From assembly GCF_009834535.1 (NCBI RefSeq), contig NC_045697.1, positions 73,162,001 to 73,226,000 on the forward strand: 64,000 nt of DNA, in the 5' to 3' direction. The notes beneath the pieces were generated by a model, which searched no databases, had not been told where the DNA came from, and saw nothing but the letters and a program-made list of their open reading frames with translations. This stretch comes from Camelus ferus (taxonomy: Eukaryota). A program made the position numbers and the translations under genes. Below are positions 23,176-35,113 of this stretch, one piece after another; the first letter of the stretch is position 1; each line of letters starts with the position of its first letter.

Positions 23176-25789
23176 TGTTTTTATATGTTCCTTATCTTAC
23201 TCAATGCCAGCTTAAAGAGGTTTTGGACTGACCTGGAACACTATCTAACTACAACGAAATAAAAACTCCATCAGGACAGATTAGTGCAACTGCCTGTTAC
23301 ACTCTCAGGATGAAGGTAAAGTTAAAGCTAGTTTTGTGGAAAGACTCATATTGCACCTTCATCACTTAAACATTCTTTAATGGAAAAAAAATACTAAAAT
23401 CTTAAAGTCTACTGGTGCATCCTAATTTAAGTAACTGCATTTCTTCAAGCTGCTCTGCACTTAGTGGTACTATTTCTAAACCCAAGCAACTGGCATTCTG
23501 GTAAGCTTGTCCTCATTTCAGGTTTTAGTCCTTTCATTTTAATCCACTTCACTATAAGAAATACATCTACAACTCTACCACTTGAAAAGTGCGTCATTTT
23601 CAAGGTTTCTCCAGGTATTTCATATACATTGATTCCTCCAAAAACACAATACATTTAGCAACCTAATTTCTCTTTTCTTTTCCAAGTTCAGCACTGGTTT
23701 GATTACCAGTAAAATGGAAGTGGGTTAGGAGGGGAATACATTTTTCTTTAATTAATCAATCAATTCCTGAACGGTACAGGACTTATGCTTTTAAGATCAC
23801 TGTTGCCAGCAGGGGTCCTTAAGTCAAAGATCAACCCCTCTTCTACTTTCGGGTTACTGGGAACTCGACGTCACCCCGCATGGCGCTGCCTGTCCGCTAG
23901 TGTCCTCCCACTAGCGCTTTCTCCCCTGTTTCCTGCGTTAGCAGGTTGACCTCTTCGGCTTCCTGCCTACCTTCATAGCCTTTGAACGTGTTCTTTCCTC
24001 AGGCCATGCCGTTTTTCACTTAGATACTGCTCCTCCATAATTTTACGTTAGAAATGTCTTCCTTAGGAAAGCCTCGCCTAACCTATGTGACAGCCCACTC
24101 CGCGGATCAGTCTGGATCACACTCCACTGCTAGAAACATGCTGTCTTCTCCTTTATGATACGTACTACAATTGAAATAAAAATAATTAATTTGTGTGCAC
24201 ACTTGCTTCAGATATATATTCCCTGGATAAAACCTCAACCCAATGAGTGAAGACAATATGCTTGCCCTACTCACCTCTGTATCTCCAAGGCCTATCAAAC
24301 AAAAAGGTCTCAATAAAACTTTCATGGGTGAATGGAGAAAGTGTATCACTAAACTGATCATTTCCCAATGAAAAATTAGGATGTCCCACTGGACAACCAT
24401 TCCTCCTGTCACCAGCTGATAGATTAAAAAAACAAACAAGGCAACTCCTCTTTTTTTTTTTTCCTGCAAAAACTACCTAAAAATCTTGCAGAGACTTTTA
24501 TTTACTATGTTAAAATGAACAAGATAAGTCAGACAAAAAGGAAAAATAACTCCCTTCCAAAAAAAAAAAAAAAAAAAAAAAAAAACACCCCACCACCAAC
24601 AACCAAAAAAACCCTAAAAAACCTTTGCTTAGATTCAAAATGGGGGAATGAATCATCACTTAAACACTACTGCCATTTTGTAGGTAATTTAATATAATTT
24701 TGAGCCAAGAAATACAGTGAAAAGAGATCATTTTTCTCACTTGTGGGGGACATTTCTGCTTGTAAAGCTCTTCCTCATTGGTAAGTTTTAATAGCTTGAT
24801 CTTCTTAGGAAGATGACATAGTGTTATCAAACCTTTCAACCAATTTGAGCTATTTGTTTAGTGGTTGTAAATTCCATCACCTAAATAAGAGCTTTCATAA
24901 TTTCTAGTTACCAGAAAAATGCTGATCAGATCTGTGGACTTCAAATACATGACTGACAAACTCTGCTACGTGGCTTGATTGTCTAAATCTAACTGCTCTT
25001 ATTTCTCCCATCTTGGGGAGGCTGAGGTGTTGGGGAGCAGGTAACCAGAGGGATTGTGCATCCTGGTAGGGGCTCTATTTCTATGGGTAAATTATAAGGT
25101 TTTCTATGTGGGCTTGTTGAATAATCATTTTTAGCACAAGCCTCTCAAACGTGGACATGTGATAAAGAATATTTGCCTAAGTCATATCCAATGATGAGAT
25201 CATTTAATTTTCTGTATGGGAAGCATATCAATAATGAAATGCTATGTGGGCTTACTGTTGCCCCTCCTAACATCCAAACTGAGAGCCATTTTCCTTTTTG
25301 GAAAGGGGTTGTCATAAGTAACTAAAGACAAGAAGGAGTTGACTAATGGTCCTTAATTAGAGGTAGACAGGGCCCTAGCTGAATCTTACTGGCATGATAG
25401 GTTTTGTGCTATTCTCTTCTGATCGTTTCCTCCTCTTACTGTGTGTGTGTGTGTGTCATGCAGTTCACGCCTACTAGTTACGAATATACTCTCTGCCAGG
25501 TTGGATTCTGGGGTTCTCTCCTTACAAGGAGTTTGACATTGGGCAAGTTACCACTGTGTGCGTTGTTTGCCTTATTTGACCACTAATGGTACCTACTTCA
25601 CAGAACTAAGTAAGATAATCTATGCGAAGTCTATGATCACTGCACAAGTTATGGATTCTGGTTTTATGTCCCTGTTACCAAGTCTTTATGCAGTTATAGC
25701 TCTTTTCCTTGCATTCTTTATCTTAAATACTGTTTAAAAAATTCTTTTGTAATTTCTCTCTTCAGTTGTCTCACTGTTTTAAGCAAGTC

Positions 25790-27750
25790 CAGATCACAAT
25801 GGAAGTAAACTAGAAAGCAATAAGAGAGGAAGATAGCTGGAAAAATCTTAAAATATGTGACGATTAAACAATATGCTTTTAAATAAAACATGGGTCAAAG
25901 GAGAATCTCAAGAAAAATTAAAAATATTTTGAACTAAGTGAAAATGAAAATAAAACAATAAAAATGTGTGGGATGCAGTAAAAAGAATACTTAGAGGGAA
26001 ATGAATAGCATTGACTACATATATTAGAAAGAAGAAAGACCTAAAGTTAGTAATCTGAAGTTCCACCTTAGGAAACTAGGAAAAAAAATATAAGAACAAA
26101 TGAAATCCAAAGTAAGTAGGAGAAAATTAATAAAAGCTAGAGGAGAACTCAATGAAGCTGACAGTAGAAAAACACTAAAGCAAAAAATAAAACCAAAATC
26201 AAGAGGTCTCTCTTTACCATCAATATCCAACTAGAAAAGACAATAGAAAAAAATATTTTATTCACAGTGGGTACAAAAATACAAGTTTCCCAATAGTAAA
26301 TGTACAGAAATGTGTATAAATGATATGCTACAGCTACATAATTTAGTAAGTTGTATAAAATAAAATAATAAAATAAGGTAAATGGAGAGCTATCTTAATA
26401 TGTGTACTCAAAAATTAAAAAGATTAATTTTTAAGGAGAATTAAAATAAAAATTTTTGTACTTATTTATTAATTCTTTAGAATAAAATCATTTAAAATGT
26501 AACCAGGAAACAAAAAAGATTAATCCAAGCATTTTAGGAAAAAAATAGAAAATATTTTTACTGTCAAGTATTTAAATATAGTATAAAATGAGTGTGAAAT
26601 GCAGAATAAATATTAAGATCAATAGAAACCTAAGAAACATATTTAATTATTGGCATTCATTTGATGCACAATGGAAATGTGATTTTTAAATCAGTGGGTG
26701 AAAAAAGAATATTTTATTAATTAACTTGAATATTTGTTATTGAAGGAAAAGGGTAGGTTCAGATTACTCTATTATATGTAAAACCAAAGCAAATTTAGGA
26801 TAATTCTTAAGAGATTAAACATGAAAAATGAAACCATAAGACACCAGAAGAAAGTAGAGGCAAATATTATGAGAATGAGTATATGTTCTTATGGAAAAAT
26901 AATAAATAAAAACTGATGAAAATGACTACAGAAAAATATGAAACTTCTGCATGTTAAATATATCGTAAATAAAATCAGAAGTAAGCAACAAACTGGAAAA
27001 TATATGCAGACAAATTATTAATATCCTTAGTAACAAAAGGATGTTCAAACAGAAGGGAAAAAGTTAAACATTCAGATTTTAAAAATAGCAAGGAAACTTG
27101 AACTGGCAAATAACAACAGAAATACAAATGACCAATAAACTTATGAAGTCACATTCAAACTACGAGTTATCAAAGATGCAGAAATTTAATTATCAATGAG
27201 TTTCCTCTTTTTTCCTTACTATTTTACTAATTATATTATTAAAGATTTTATATATAGATACATATAATCCCTTGATTGTTCAATGAAATTATGCCTTCAT
27301 TACTGATAGTGTTTAAAATTATAAAACTTTCCTGAAAAATAACTTGGTGATATGAATCAAAATCTTTAAAAATAATGTGCATTCATTTTGAACTAACAAT
27401 AAAAAATAATCACAGATGTGTTTACAGTTATGATATTGAAAAACTGCAGCCAATCTGAATATCCAAAGAGGAAATTCATAAAAATAAATTATAGTATAGT
27501 TATATGATATATAACCTTCAAAAATATTTAATGTCATAGTAAATTGCTCATGATGGATTGTTATTAAAAGGATAAGTTATAGAAAAGTATATATAACATC
27601 CTCCGAATTTTGTATAACCAAACTAGAAAAAAAAATATGCATGACTGTGTTTGCATATACGTAATTGTGTACAAATAGCAATAGTTATTCTGGATTTTAA
27701 GGTTCAGGTGGTTTATGGTTTATTTGTCCTACTGTCAAAGTCCTTCTGCT
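25790..27750 (+). mobile_element. Old L1 ORF2/3' relics (repeated at ~30014-31930)
   Basis: L1 ORF2 DNA (gggatgcagtaaaaagaatacttagagggaaatgaatagcatt; agttccaccttaggaaactag) followed by an A-rich L1ME-like 3' part. Confidence 0.7.
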
Positions 27751-27927
27751 TTGGAAAAATTGGTTCAAACAATAAAACTTGAATTTTGACCTCAGTTAAA
27801 TAAAATGTAATAAGCCTGTGACACTGATTTAAGATAAGAGGTAGCAAAATACAATTAATAGTTTTTCTAAAGAGGAATACACTTTAAAACTCAATGACCT
27901 GCTGTTTTTAAAAATGCAACACATTTA

Positions 27928-29913
27928 AGACAGAGAAGATGGCGGAGTAGAAGGACACTCGCAGGTCACCCTCTCCCACAAATACACCAAGACCCACATC
28001 TACAGACACACTCAGCCAACCAGAGCACCTGTGGAACTCTGACAGAACATCACCCTCTTCAAAAGATAAAGACGCCAAAAATCTGGTAGGAGAAAAGGAA
28101 AAAAGAAAGAACAAAAGGCAAAGCAGCGCTGGACGGGTCCCGCGGGGAGGGAGTGGCAAAGGAGGACTGGCGCTCGCTCTCTGGGTCTCCCCTCTCCAAC
28201 TGAGAGGCCAGCGGGACGGAGAGGGAGCCTCCGAGGCTCGGATCTGTACAGAGCAGCCCTTGACTAACAGAACTAAGTTAAACGGGCACAGAGCGTCCTC
28301 CCGACACCCAGCCTGAGAGGCGGGCCGGCAGCAGCGGGCAGGGCCAGGCTGCACAAGCCGGGCGGAGGACGGAAGTGGCTGCACGGAGGCAGCCCCGGGG
28401 GAACGCAAGGGGCTGCACGCCGTGGCTGTGGGTGCACAGGGCGGAACAACCTGGGCCCTCCATAAAACAGCAAGGTTGATGTGCTCTAGGGGTAAGGGTG
28501 CACACCCCCATCTCTGAAAACCCACGGAAAGTTTTCGGGGAAAGAGAGGCGGGGCTCAGGCACAGCCGCCATATCCTCCGGCGCTGAGCACCCAGGCGGG
28601 GGCGGGGGCGAAACCTGCATCCGCACCGAAGGGCTTAGCAGCTGCAAAGGCCAGACTGAGACTGGCCTGCAGCCCGGGGCAGATAGGATCCTTCCATCCT
28701 GGTCCCTCAGAGAACTTGCTCCACAAAGACAAACAAGGAGCTGGGTTTTGGCTCGGAGCAGGGACAGGGCTGTCCCTCGGTCTTCCCCGAGCCCACCTGC
28801 GGAGCGCCGACCAGGGAGGAGCGCGCAGCCGCACACAGCAGCAGAGCTACGGGCGGCGTAGGTAGAGGGAGGGGCGCAGGTAGAGGGAGAGCGGCCCCTG
28901 CCTTTCGGGCAGGAACACAGCCCCTGACCGAGGTGCTGGGAGGCAGCAGGACCCGCCCTCCTACCTGGCCAGTCTGCAACATCTGACTGCGGCATCCGGA
29001 GGGGCAGCGACCCGCCCGCCCACAGCAGAGAGCTGCACCTGACCCAGTGTTAGGAGGAGGCGCGATTTGCTTGCCAACAGGTGCTGGGAGCAGCACAGAA
29101 GAGGGCGCCAACGGAGGGCCTCTGAAAACAGCAAGCTGAGCTTCCAAAACAGGACGAAGACAGAAAGACTTCACATTAAAAGCACACAGACTCCAGGAGA
29201 ACACCGACAACCCCCCCCCCCTTTATTTATTTATTTATTTTAAATCTGTTTTTACCTGTTCTATTTTCTATTACTCTCTTAATCTTTACTTCTTAATTCA
29301 TTTCTATTTCTCTTGGGTTTTGATGTCCTTCTATTGATTAGACACAGGTTTCAAATACATCTATTCATCTCCCACCCCCCTTTTTTTGTAAAGGTTTTAA
29401 AAGGACGTCTCAACCCGATTAATACTCTGCTTCAACTCACTCTTCTATTATTCATTATACACTGTTTTCAAACCCTCTTTCTCCCTTCTTTTAAAATTCT
29501 TCCTCTCTCTTATTTATTTTTTTTCTTTTTTTCCTAAGTTCTATTCCTAAATAGGCATCAGATAGATAAAATCCTTAAGGACCAAAATAAACAACTGATA
29601 CTCCATAAACCACAGTGCCAAAGAGGTATGAGCAAGATGAAGAAGCAGAAAAACCTTTCCCAATTAAAAGAACAAGAGAAATCCCCTGAAAGAAAGATCA
29701 ACAAAATAGACATCGATAGCCTACTAAATCAAGATTTCAAAAAAGGAGTGATCGAATTGCTGAAGGAATTAAAAGAGATAGTGTTTAGAGATATAAAATA
29801 TGTCAAAAATGAAATTGAAGCTATAAAGAAGAGCCAAGTAGAATGGGTAAACTCATTGACAGAGATGAGGAATGATCTAATAGCTGTGCAAAGCCGACTA
29901 GATAATGCAGAGG
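27928..29913 (+). mobile_element. Duplicate copy of the young L1 5'UTR and ORF1 start (cut by the gap)
   Basis: Matches 32104-34089, including the same upstream target site. Confidence 0.95.
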
Positions 29914-30013
29914 NNNNNNNNNNNNNNNNNNNNNNNNNNNNNNNNNNNNNNNNNNNNNNNNNNNNNNNNNNNNNNNNNNNNNNNNNNNNNNNNNNNNNNN
30001 NNNNNNNNNNNNN
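29914..30013. other. Assembly gap (100 N)
   Basis: Run of exactly 100 N, a usual placeholder for a gap of unknown size. Confidence 1.
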
Positions 30014-32103
30014 AAGATAGCTGGAAAAATCTTAAAATATGTGACGATTAAACAATATGCTTTTAAATAAAACATGGGTCAAAGGAGAATCTCAAGAAAA
30101 ATTAAAAATATTTTGAACTAAGTGAAATGAAAATAAAACAATAAAAATGTGTGGGATGCAGTAAAAAGAATACTTAGAGGGAAATGAATAGCATTGACTA
30201 CATATATTAGAAAGAAGAAAGACCTAAAGTTAGTAATCTGAAGTTCCACCTTAGGAAACTAGGAAAAAAAATATAAGAACAAATGAAATCCAAAGTAAGT
30301 AGGAGAAAATTAATAAAAGCTAGAGGAGAACTCAATGAAGCTGACAGTAGAAAAACACTAAAGCAAAAATAAAACCAAAATCAAGAGGTCTCTCTTTACC
30401 ATCAATATCCAACTAGAAAAGACAATAGAAAAAATATTTTATTCACAGTGGGTACAAAATACAAGTTTCCCAATAGTAAATGTACAGAAATGTGTATAAA
30501 TGATATGCTACAGCTACATAATTTAGTAAGTTGTATAAAATAAAATAATAAAATAAGGTAAATGGAGAGCTATCTTAATATGTGTACTCAAAATTAAAAA
30601 GATTAATTTTTAAGGAGAATTAAAATAAAAATTTTTGTACTTATTTATTAATTCTTTAGAATAAAATCATTTAAAATGTAACCAGGAAACAAAAAGATTA
30701 ATCCAAGCATTTTAGGAAAAAAATAGAAAATATTTTTACTGTCAAGTATTTAAATATAGTATAAAATGAGTGTGAAATGCAGAATAAATATTAAGATCAA
30801 TAGAAACCTAAGAAACATATTTAATTATTGGCATTCATTTGATGCACAATGGAAATGTGATTTTTAAATCAGTGGGTGAAAAAAAGAATATTTTATTAAT
30901 TAACTTGAATATTTGTTATTGAAGGAAAAGGGTAGGTTCAGATTACTCTATTATATGTAAAACCAAAGCAAATTTAGGATAATTCTTAAGAGATTAAACA
31001 TGAAAAATGAAACCATAAGACACCAGAAGAAAGTAGAGGCAAATATTATGAGAATGAGTATATGTTCTTATGGAAAAATAATAAATAAAACTGATGAAAA
31101 TGACTACAGAAAAATATGAAACTTCTGCATGTTAAATATATCGTAAATAAAATCAGAAGTAAGCAACAAACTGGAAAATATATGCAGACAAATTATTAAT
31201 ATCCTTAGTAACAAAAGGATGTTCAAACAGAAGGGAAAAAGTTAAACATTCAGATTTTAAAAATAGCAAGGAAACTTGAACTGGCAAATAACAACAGAAA
31301 TACAAATGACCAATAAACTTATGAAGTCACATTCAAACTACGAGTTATCAAAGATGCAGAAATTTAATTATCAATGAGTTTCCTCTTTTTTCCTTACTAT
31401 TTTACTAATTATATTATTAAAGATTTTATATATAGATACATATAATCCCTTGATTGTTCAATGAAATTATGCCTTCATTACTGATAGTGTTTAAAATTAT
31501 AAAACTTTCCTGAAAAATAACTTGGTGATATGAATCAAAATCTTTAAAAATAATGTGCATTCATTTTGAACTAACAATAAAAAATAATCACAGATGTGTT
31601 TACAGTTATGATATTGAAAAACTGCAGCCAATCTGAATATCCAAAGAGGAAATTCATAAAAATAAATTATAGTATAGTTATATGATATATAACCTTCAAA
31701 AATATTTAATGTCATAGTAAATTGCTCATGATGGATTGTTATTAAAAGGATAAGTTATAGAAAGTATATATAACATCCTCCGAATTTTGTATAACCAAAC
31801 TAGAAAAAAAATATGCATGACTGTGTTTGCATATACGTAATTGTGTACAAATAGCAATAGTTATTCTGGATTTTAAGGTTCAGGTGGTTTATGGTTTATT
31901 TGTCCTACTGTCAAAGTCCTTCTGCTTTGGAAAAATTGGTTCAAACAATAAAACTTGAATTTTGACCTCAGTTAAATAAAATGTAATAAGCCTGTGACAC
32001 TGATTTAAGATAAGAGGTAGCAAAATACAATTAATAGTTTTTCTAAAGAGGAATACACTTTAAAACTCAATGACCTGCTGTTTTTAAAAATGCAACACAT
32101 TTA

Positions 32104-33390
32104 AGACAGAGAAGATGGCGGAGTAGAAGGACACTCGCAGGTCACCCTCTCCCACAAATACACCAAGACCCACATCTACAGACACACTCAGCCAACCAGA
32201 GCACCTGTGGAACTCTGACAGAACATCACCCTCTTCAAAAGATAAAGACGCCAAAAATCTGGTAGGAGAAAAGGAAAAAAGAAAGAACAAAAGGCAAAGC
32301 AGCGCTGGACGGGTCCCGCGGGGAGGGAGTGGCAAAGGAGGACTGGCGCTCGCTCTCTGGGTCTCCCCTCTCCAACTGAGAGGCCAGCGGGACGGAGAGG
32401 GAGCCTCCGAGGCTCGGATCTGTACAGAGCAGCCCTTGACTAACAGAACTAAGTTAAACGGGCACAGAGCGTCCTCCCGACACCCAGCCTGAGAGGCGGG
32501 CCGGCAGCAGCGGGCAGGGCCAGGCTGCACAAGCCGGGCGGAGGACGGAAGTGGCTGCACGGAGGCAGCCCCGGGGGAACGCAAGGGGCTGCACGCCGTG
32601 GCTGTGGGTGCACAGGGCGGAACAACCTGGGCCCTCCATAAAACAGCAAGGTTGATGTGCTCTAGGGGTAAGGGTGCACACCCCCATCTCTGAAAACCCA
32701 CGGAAAGTTTTCGGGGAAAGAGAGGCGGGGCTCAGGCACAGCCGCCATATCCTCCGGCGCTGAGCACCCAGGCGGGGGCGGGGGCGAAACCTGCATCCGC
32801 ACCGAAGGGCTTAGCAGCTGCAAAGGCCAGACTGAGACTGGCCTGCAGCCCGGGGCAGATAGGATCCTTCCATCCTGGTCCCTCAGAGAACTTGCTCCAC
32901 AAAGACAAACAAGGAGCTGGGTTTTGGCTCGGAGCAGGGACAGGGCTGTCCCTCGGTCTTCCCCGAGCCCACCTGCGGAGCGCCGACCAGGGAGGAGCGC
33001 GCAGCCGCACACAGCAGCAGAGCTACGGGCGGCGTAGGTAGAGGGAGGGGCGCAGGTAGAGGGAGAGCGGCCCCTGCCTTTCGGGCAGGAACACAGCCCC
33101 TGACCGAGGTGCTGGGAGGCAGCAGGACCCGCCCTCCTACCTGGCCAGTCTGCAACATCTGACTGCGGCATCCGGAGGGGCAGCGACCCGCCCGCCCACA
33201 GCAGAGAGCTGCACCTGACCCAGTGTTAGGAGGAGGCGCGATTTGCTTGCCAACAGGTGCTGGGAGCAGCACAGAAGAGGGCGCCAACGGAGGGCCTCTG
33301 AAAACAGCAAGCTGAGCTTCCAAAACAGGACGAAGACAGAAAGACTTCACATTAAAAGCACACAGACTCCAGGAGAACACCGACAACCCC
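32104..33390 (+). promoter_or_regulatory. L1 5'UTR internal promoter / CpG island
   Basis: Starts with a YY1-type motif AAGATGGCGG. GC-rich with many intact CpGs and GC boxes (ggcgggggcgggggcg). Confidence 0.85.
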
Positions 33391-33803
33391 CCCCCCCTTT
33401 ATTTATTTATTTATTTTAAATCTGTTTTTACCTGTTCTATTTTCTATTACTCTCTTAATCTTTACTTCTTAATTCATTTCTATTTCTCTTGGGTTTTGAT
33501 GTCCTTCTATTGATTAGACACAGGTTTCAAATACATCTATTCATCTCCCACCCCCCTTTTTTTGTAAAGGTTTTAAAAGGACGTCTCAACCCGATTAATA
33601 CTCTGCTTCAACTCACTCTTCTATTATTCATTATACACTGTTTTCAAACCCTCTTTCTCCCTTCTTTTAAAATTCTTCCTCTCTCTTATTTATTTTTTTT
33701 CTTTTTTTCCTAAGTTCTATTCCTAAATAGGCATCAGATAGATAAAATCCTTAAGGACCAAAATAAACAACTGATACTCCATAAACCACAGTGCCAAAGA
33801 GGT

Positions 33804-34709
33804 ATGAGCAAGATGAAGAAGCAGAAAAACCTTTCCCAATTAAAAGAACAAGAGAAATCCCCTGAAAGAAAGATCAACAAAATAGACATCGATAGCCTAC
33901 TAAATCAAGATTTCAAAAAAGGAGTGATCGAATTGCTGAAGGAATTAAAAGAGATAGTGTTTAGAGATATAAAATATGTCAAAAATGAAATTGAAGCTAT
34001 AAAGAAGAGCCAAGTAGAATGGGTAAACTCATTGACAGAGATGAGGAATGATCTAATAGCTGTGCAAAGCCGACTAGATAATGCAGAGGAACGAATTAGT
34101 GATCTAGAAGACAGGGCAATAGAAAGCACCCATTCAGAAGAACTACAAGATAAGCAAATAAAAAATAATGAAAATAGCATAAGGGACCTATGGGATAATA
34201 TAAAGCGTCCCAATCTTCGCATAATAGGGGTCCCAGAAGGAGAAGAAAGATCAAAGGGGATTGAAAAGGTTTTTGAAGAAATCATGACTGAAAACTTCCC
34301 AAACTTAAAGAAGGAATCAGATATCCAAGTACAGGAAGCTCAGAGGGTCCCAAACATGAAGAACCCAAATAGACCCACACCAAGACATATCATAATCAAG
34401 ATGGCCAGAGTCAAGGATAAAGAAATGATTCTAAAGGCAGCAAGAGAAAAGCAAAGAGTAAGTTACAAGGGAACCCCCCCCATAAGGCTCTCAGCTGATT
34501 TCTCTACACAAACACTACAGGCCAGAAGGGAGTGGCAAGATATATTCAAAGCCCTGAATGAAAAAAAGATGCAGCCTAGGATCCTTTATCCAGCAAGGCT
34601 ATCCTTGAGGATAGAAGGAGAAATAAAGAGTTTCACAGACAAAAAAAAGCTGCAGGAGTTTAGCAACACTAAACCCATGCTAAAAGAAATATTGAAAGGG
34701 CTATTCTAA
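33804..34709 (+). CDS. ORF1: LINE-1 ORF1p (301 aa; coiled coil, RRM, CTD)
   Basis: Open ORF with L1 ORF1 motifs (WDNIKRPNLRIIGVPEGEE, ENFPNL, PRHIIIK, AREK, ARREW, YPARLS). Confidence 0.95.
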   Translation: MSKMKKQKNLSQLKEQEKSPERKINKIDIDSLLNQDFKKGVIELLKELKEIVFRDIKYVKNEIEAIKKSQVEWVNSLTEMRNDLIAVQSRLDNAEERISDLEDRAIESTHSEELQDKQIKNNENSIRDLWDNIKRPNLRIIGVPEGEERSKGIEKVFEEIMTENFPNLKKESDIQVQEAQRVPNMKNPNRPTPRHIIIKMARVKDKEMILKAAREKQRVSYKGTPPIRLSADFSTQTLQARREWQDIFKALNEKKMQPRILYPARLSLRIEGEIKSFTDKKKLQEFSNTKPMLKEILKGLF

Positions 34710-35113
34710 ATAGAAAAGCAGCAGGATGCTACAGAAATGAGAAACACACAACTGGAAAGGTGATAACTCATGAATTACAAATAAAGTAAACATGAAATTA
34801 TAGAAGAAGATATACAAATCACTGAGAGTGGGAGAGGGAGGCAGGGAAATATAGAATATTTTTTTCTTTCTTTTTAAAATTTTTTTAACAGTAGGATGGG
34901 TTTGAGATCATGTTACTATCAGTTTAATAAAAACAGTTATAGTAATGGGTTGACAGATTTACAAAAAAGGGTAACCACAAGGCAAAAATTTACAAAGGAG
35001 TCACAAAAATTAAATAAAATCCATGATAATACAAAGGAAAATTACCAAACCACAAAAGGAAGAAGAAAGGAACAAAGAGGATATACCAATTCAACTGCAA
35101 AGATAAGTTCAAA

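Larger units (their letters stand above)
25830..34089 (+). repeat. Near-identical 4.1-kb direct duplication around a 100-N gap (copy 1 25830-29913, copy 2 30014-34089)
   Basis: The ORF track repeats identically. The offset falls from 4184 to 4176 through eight single-A deletions in A-runs of copy 2. Confidence 0.97.

Noticed and set aside
27908..33386. Duplicated 167-205 aa minus-strand ORFs as a novel gene cluster
   Set aside because: They are antisense readings of the GC-rich L1 5'UTR (the 205-aa one starts at GTG), and the duplication is probably an assembly artefact.
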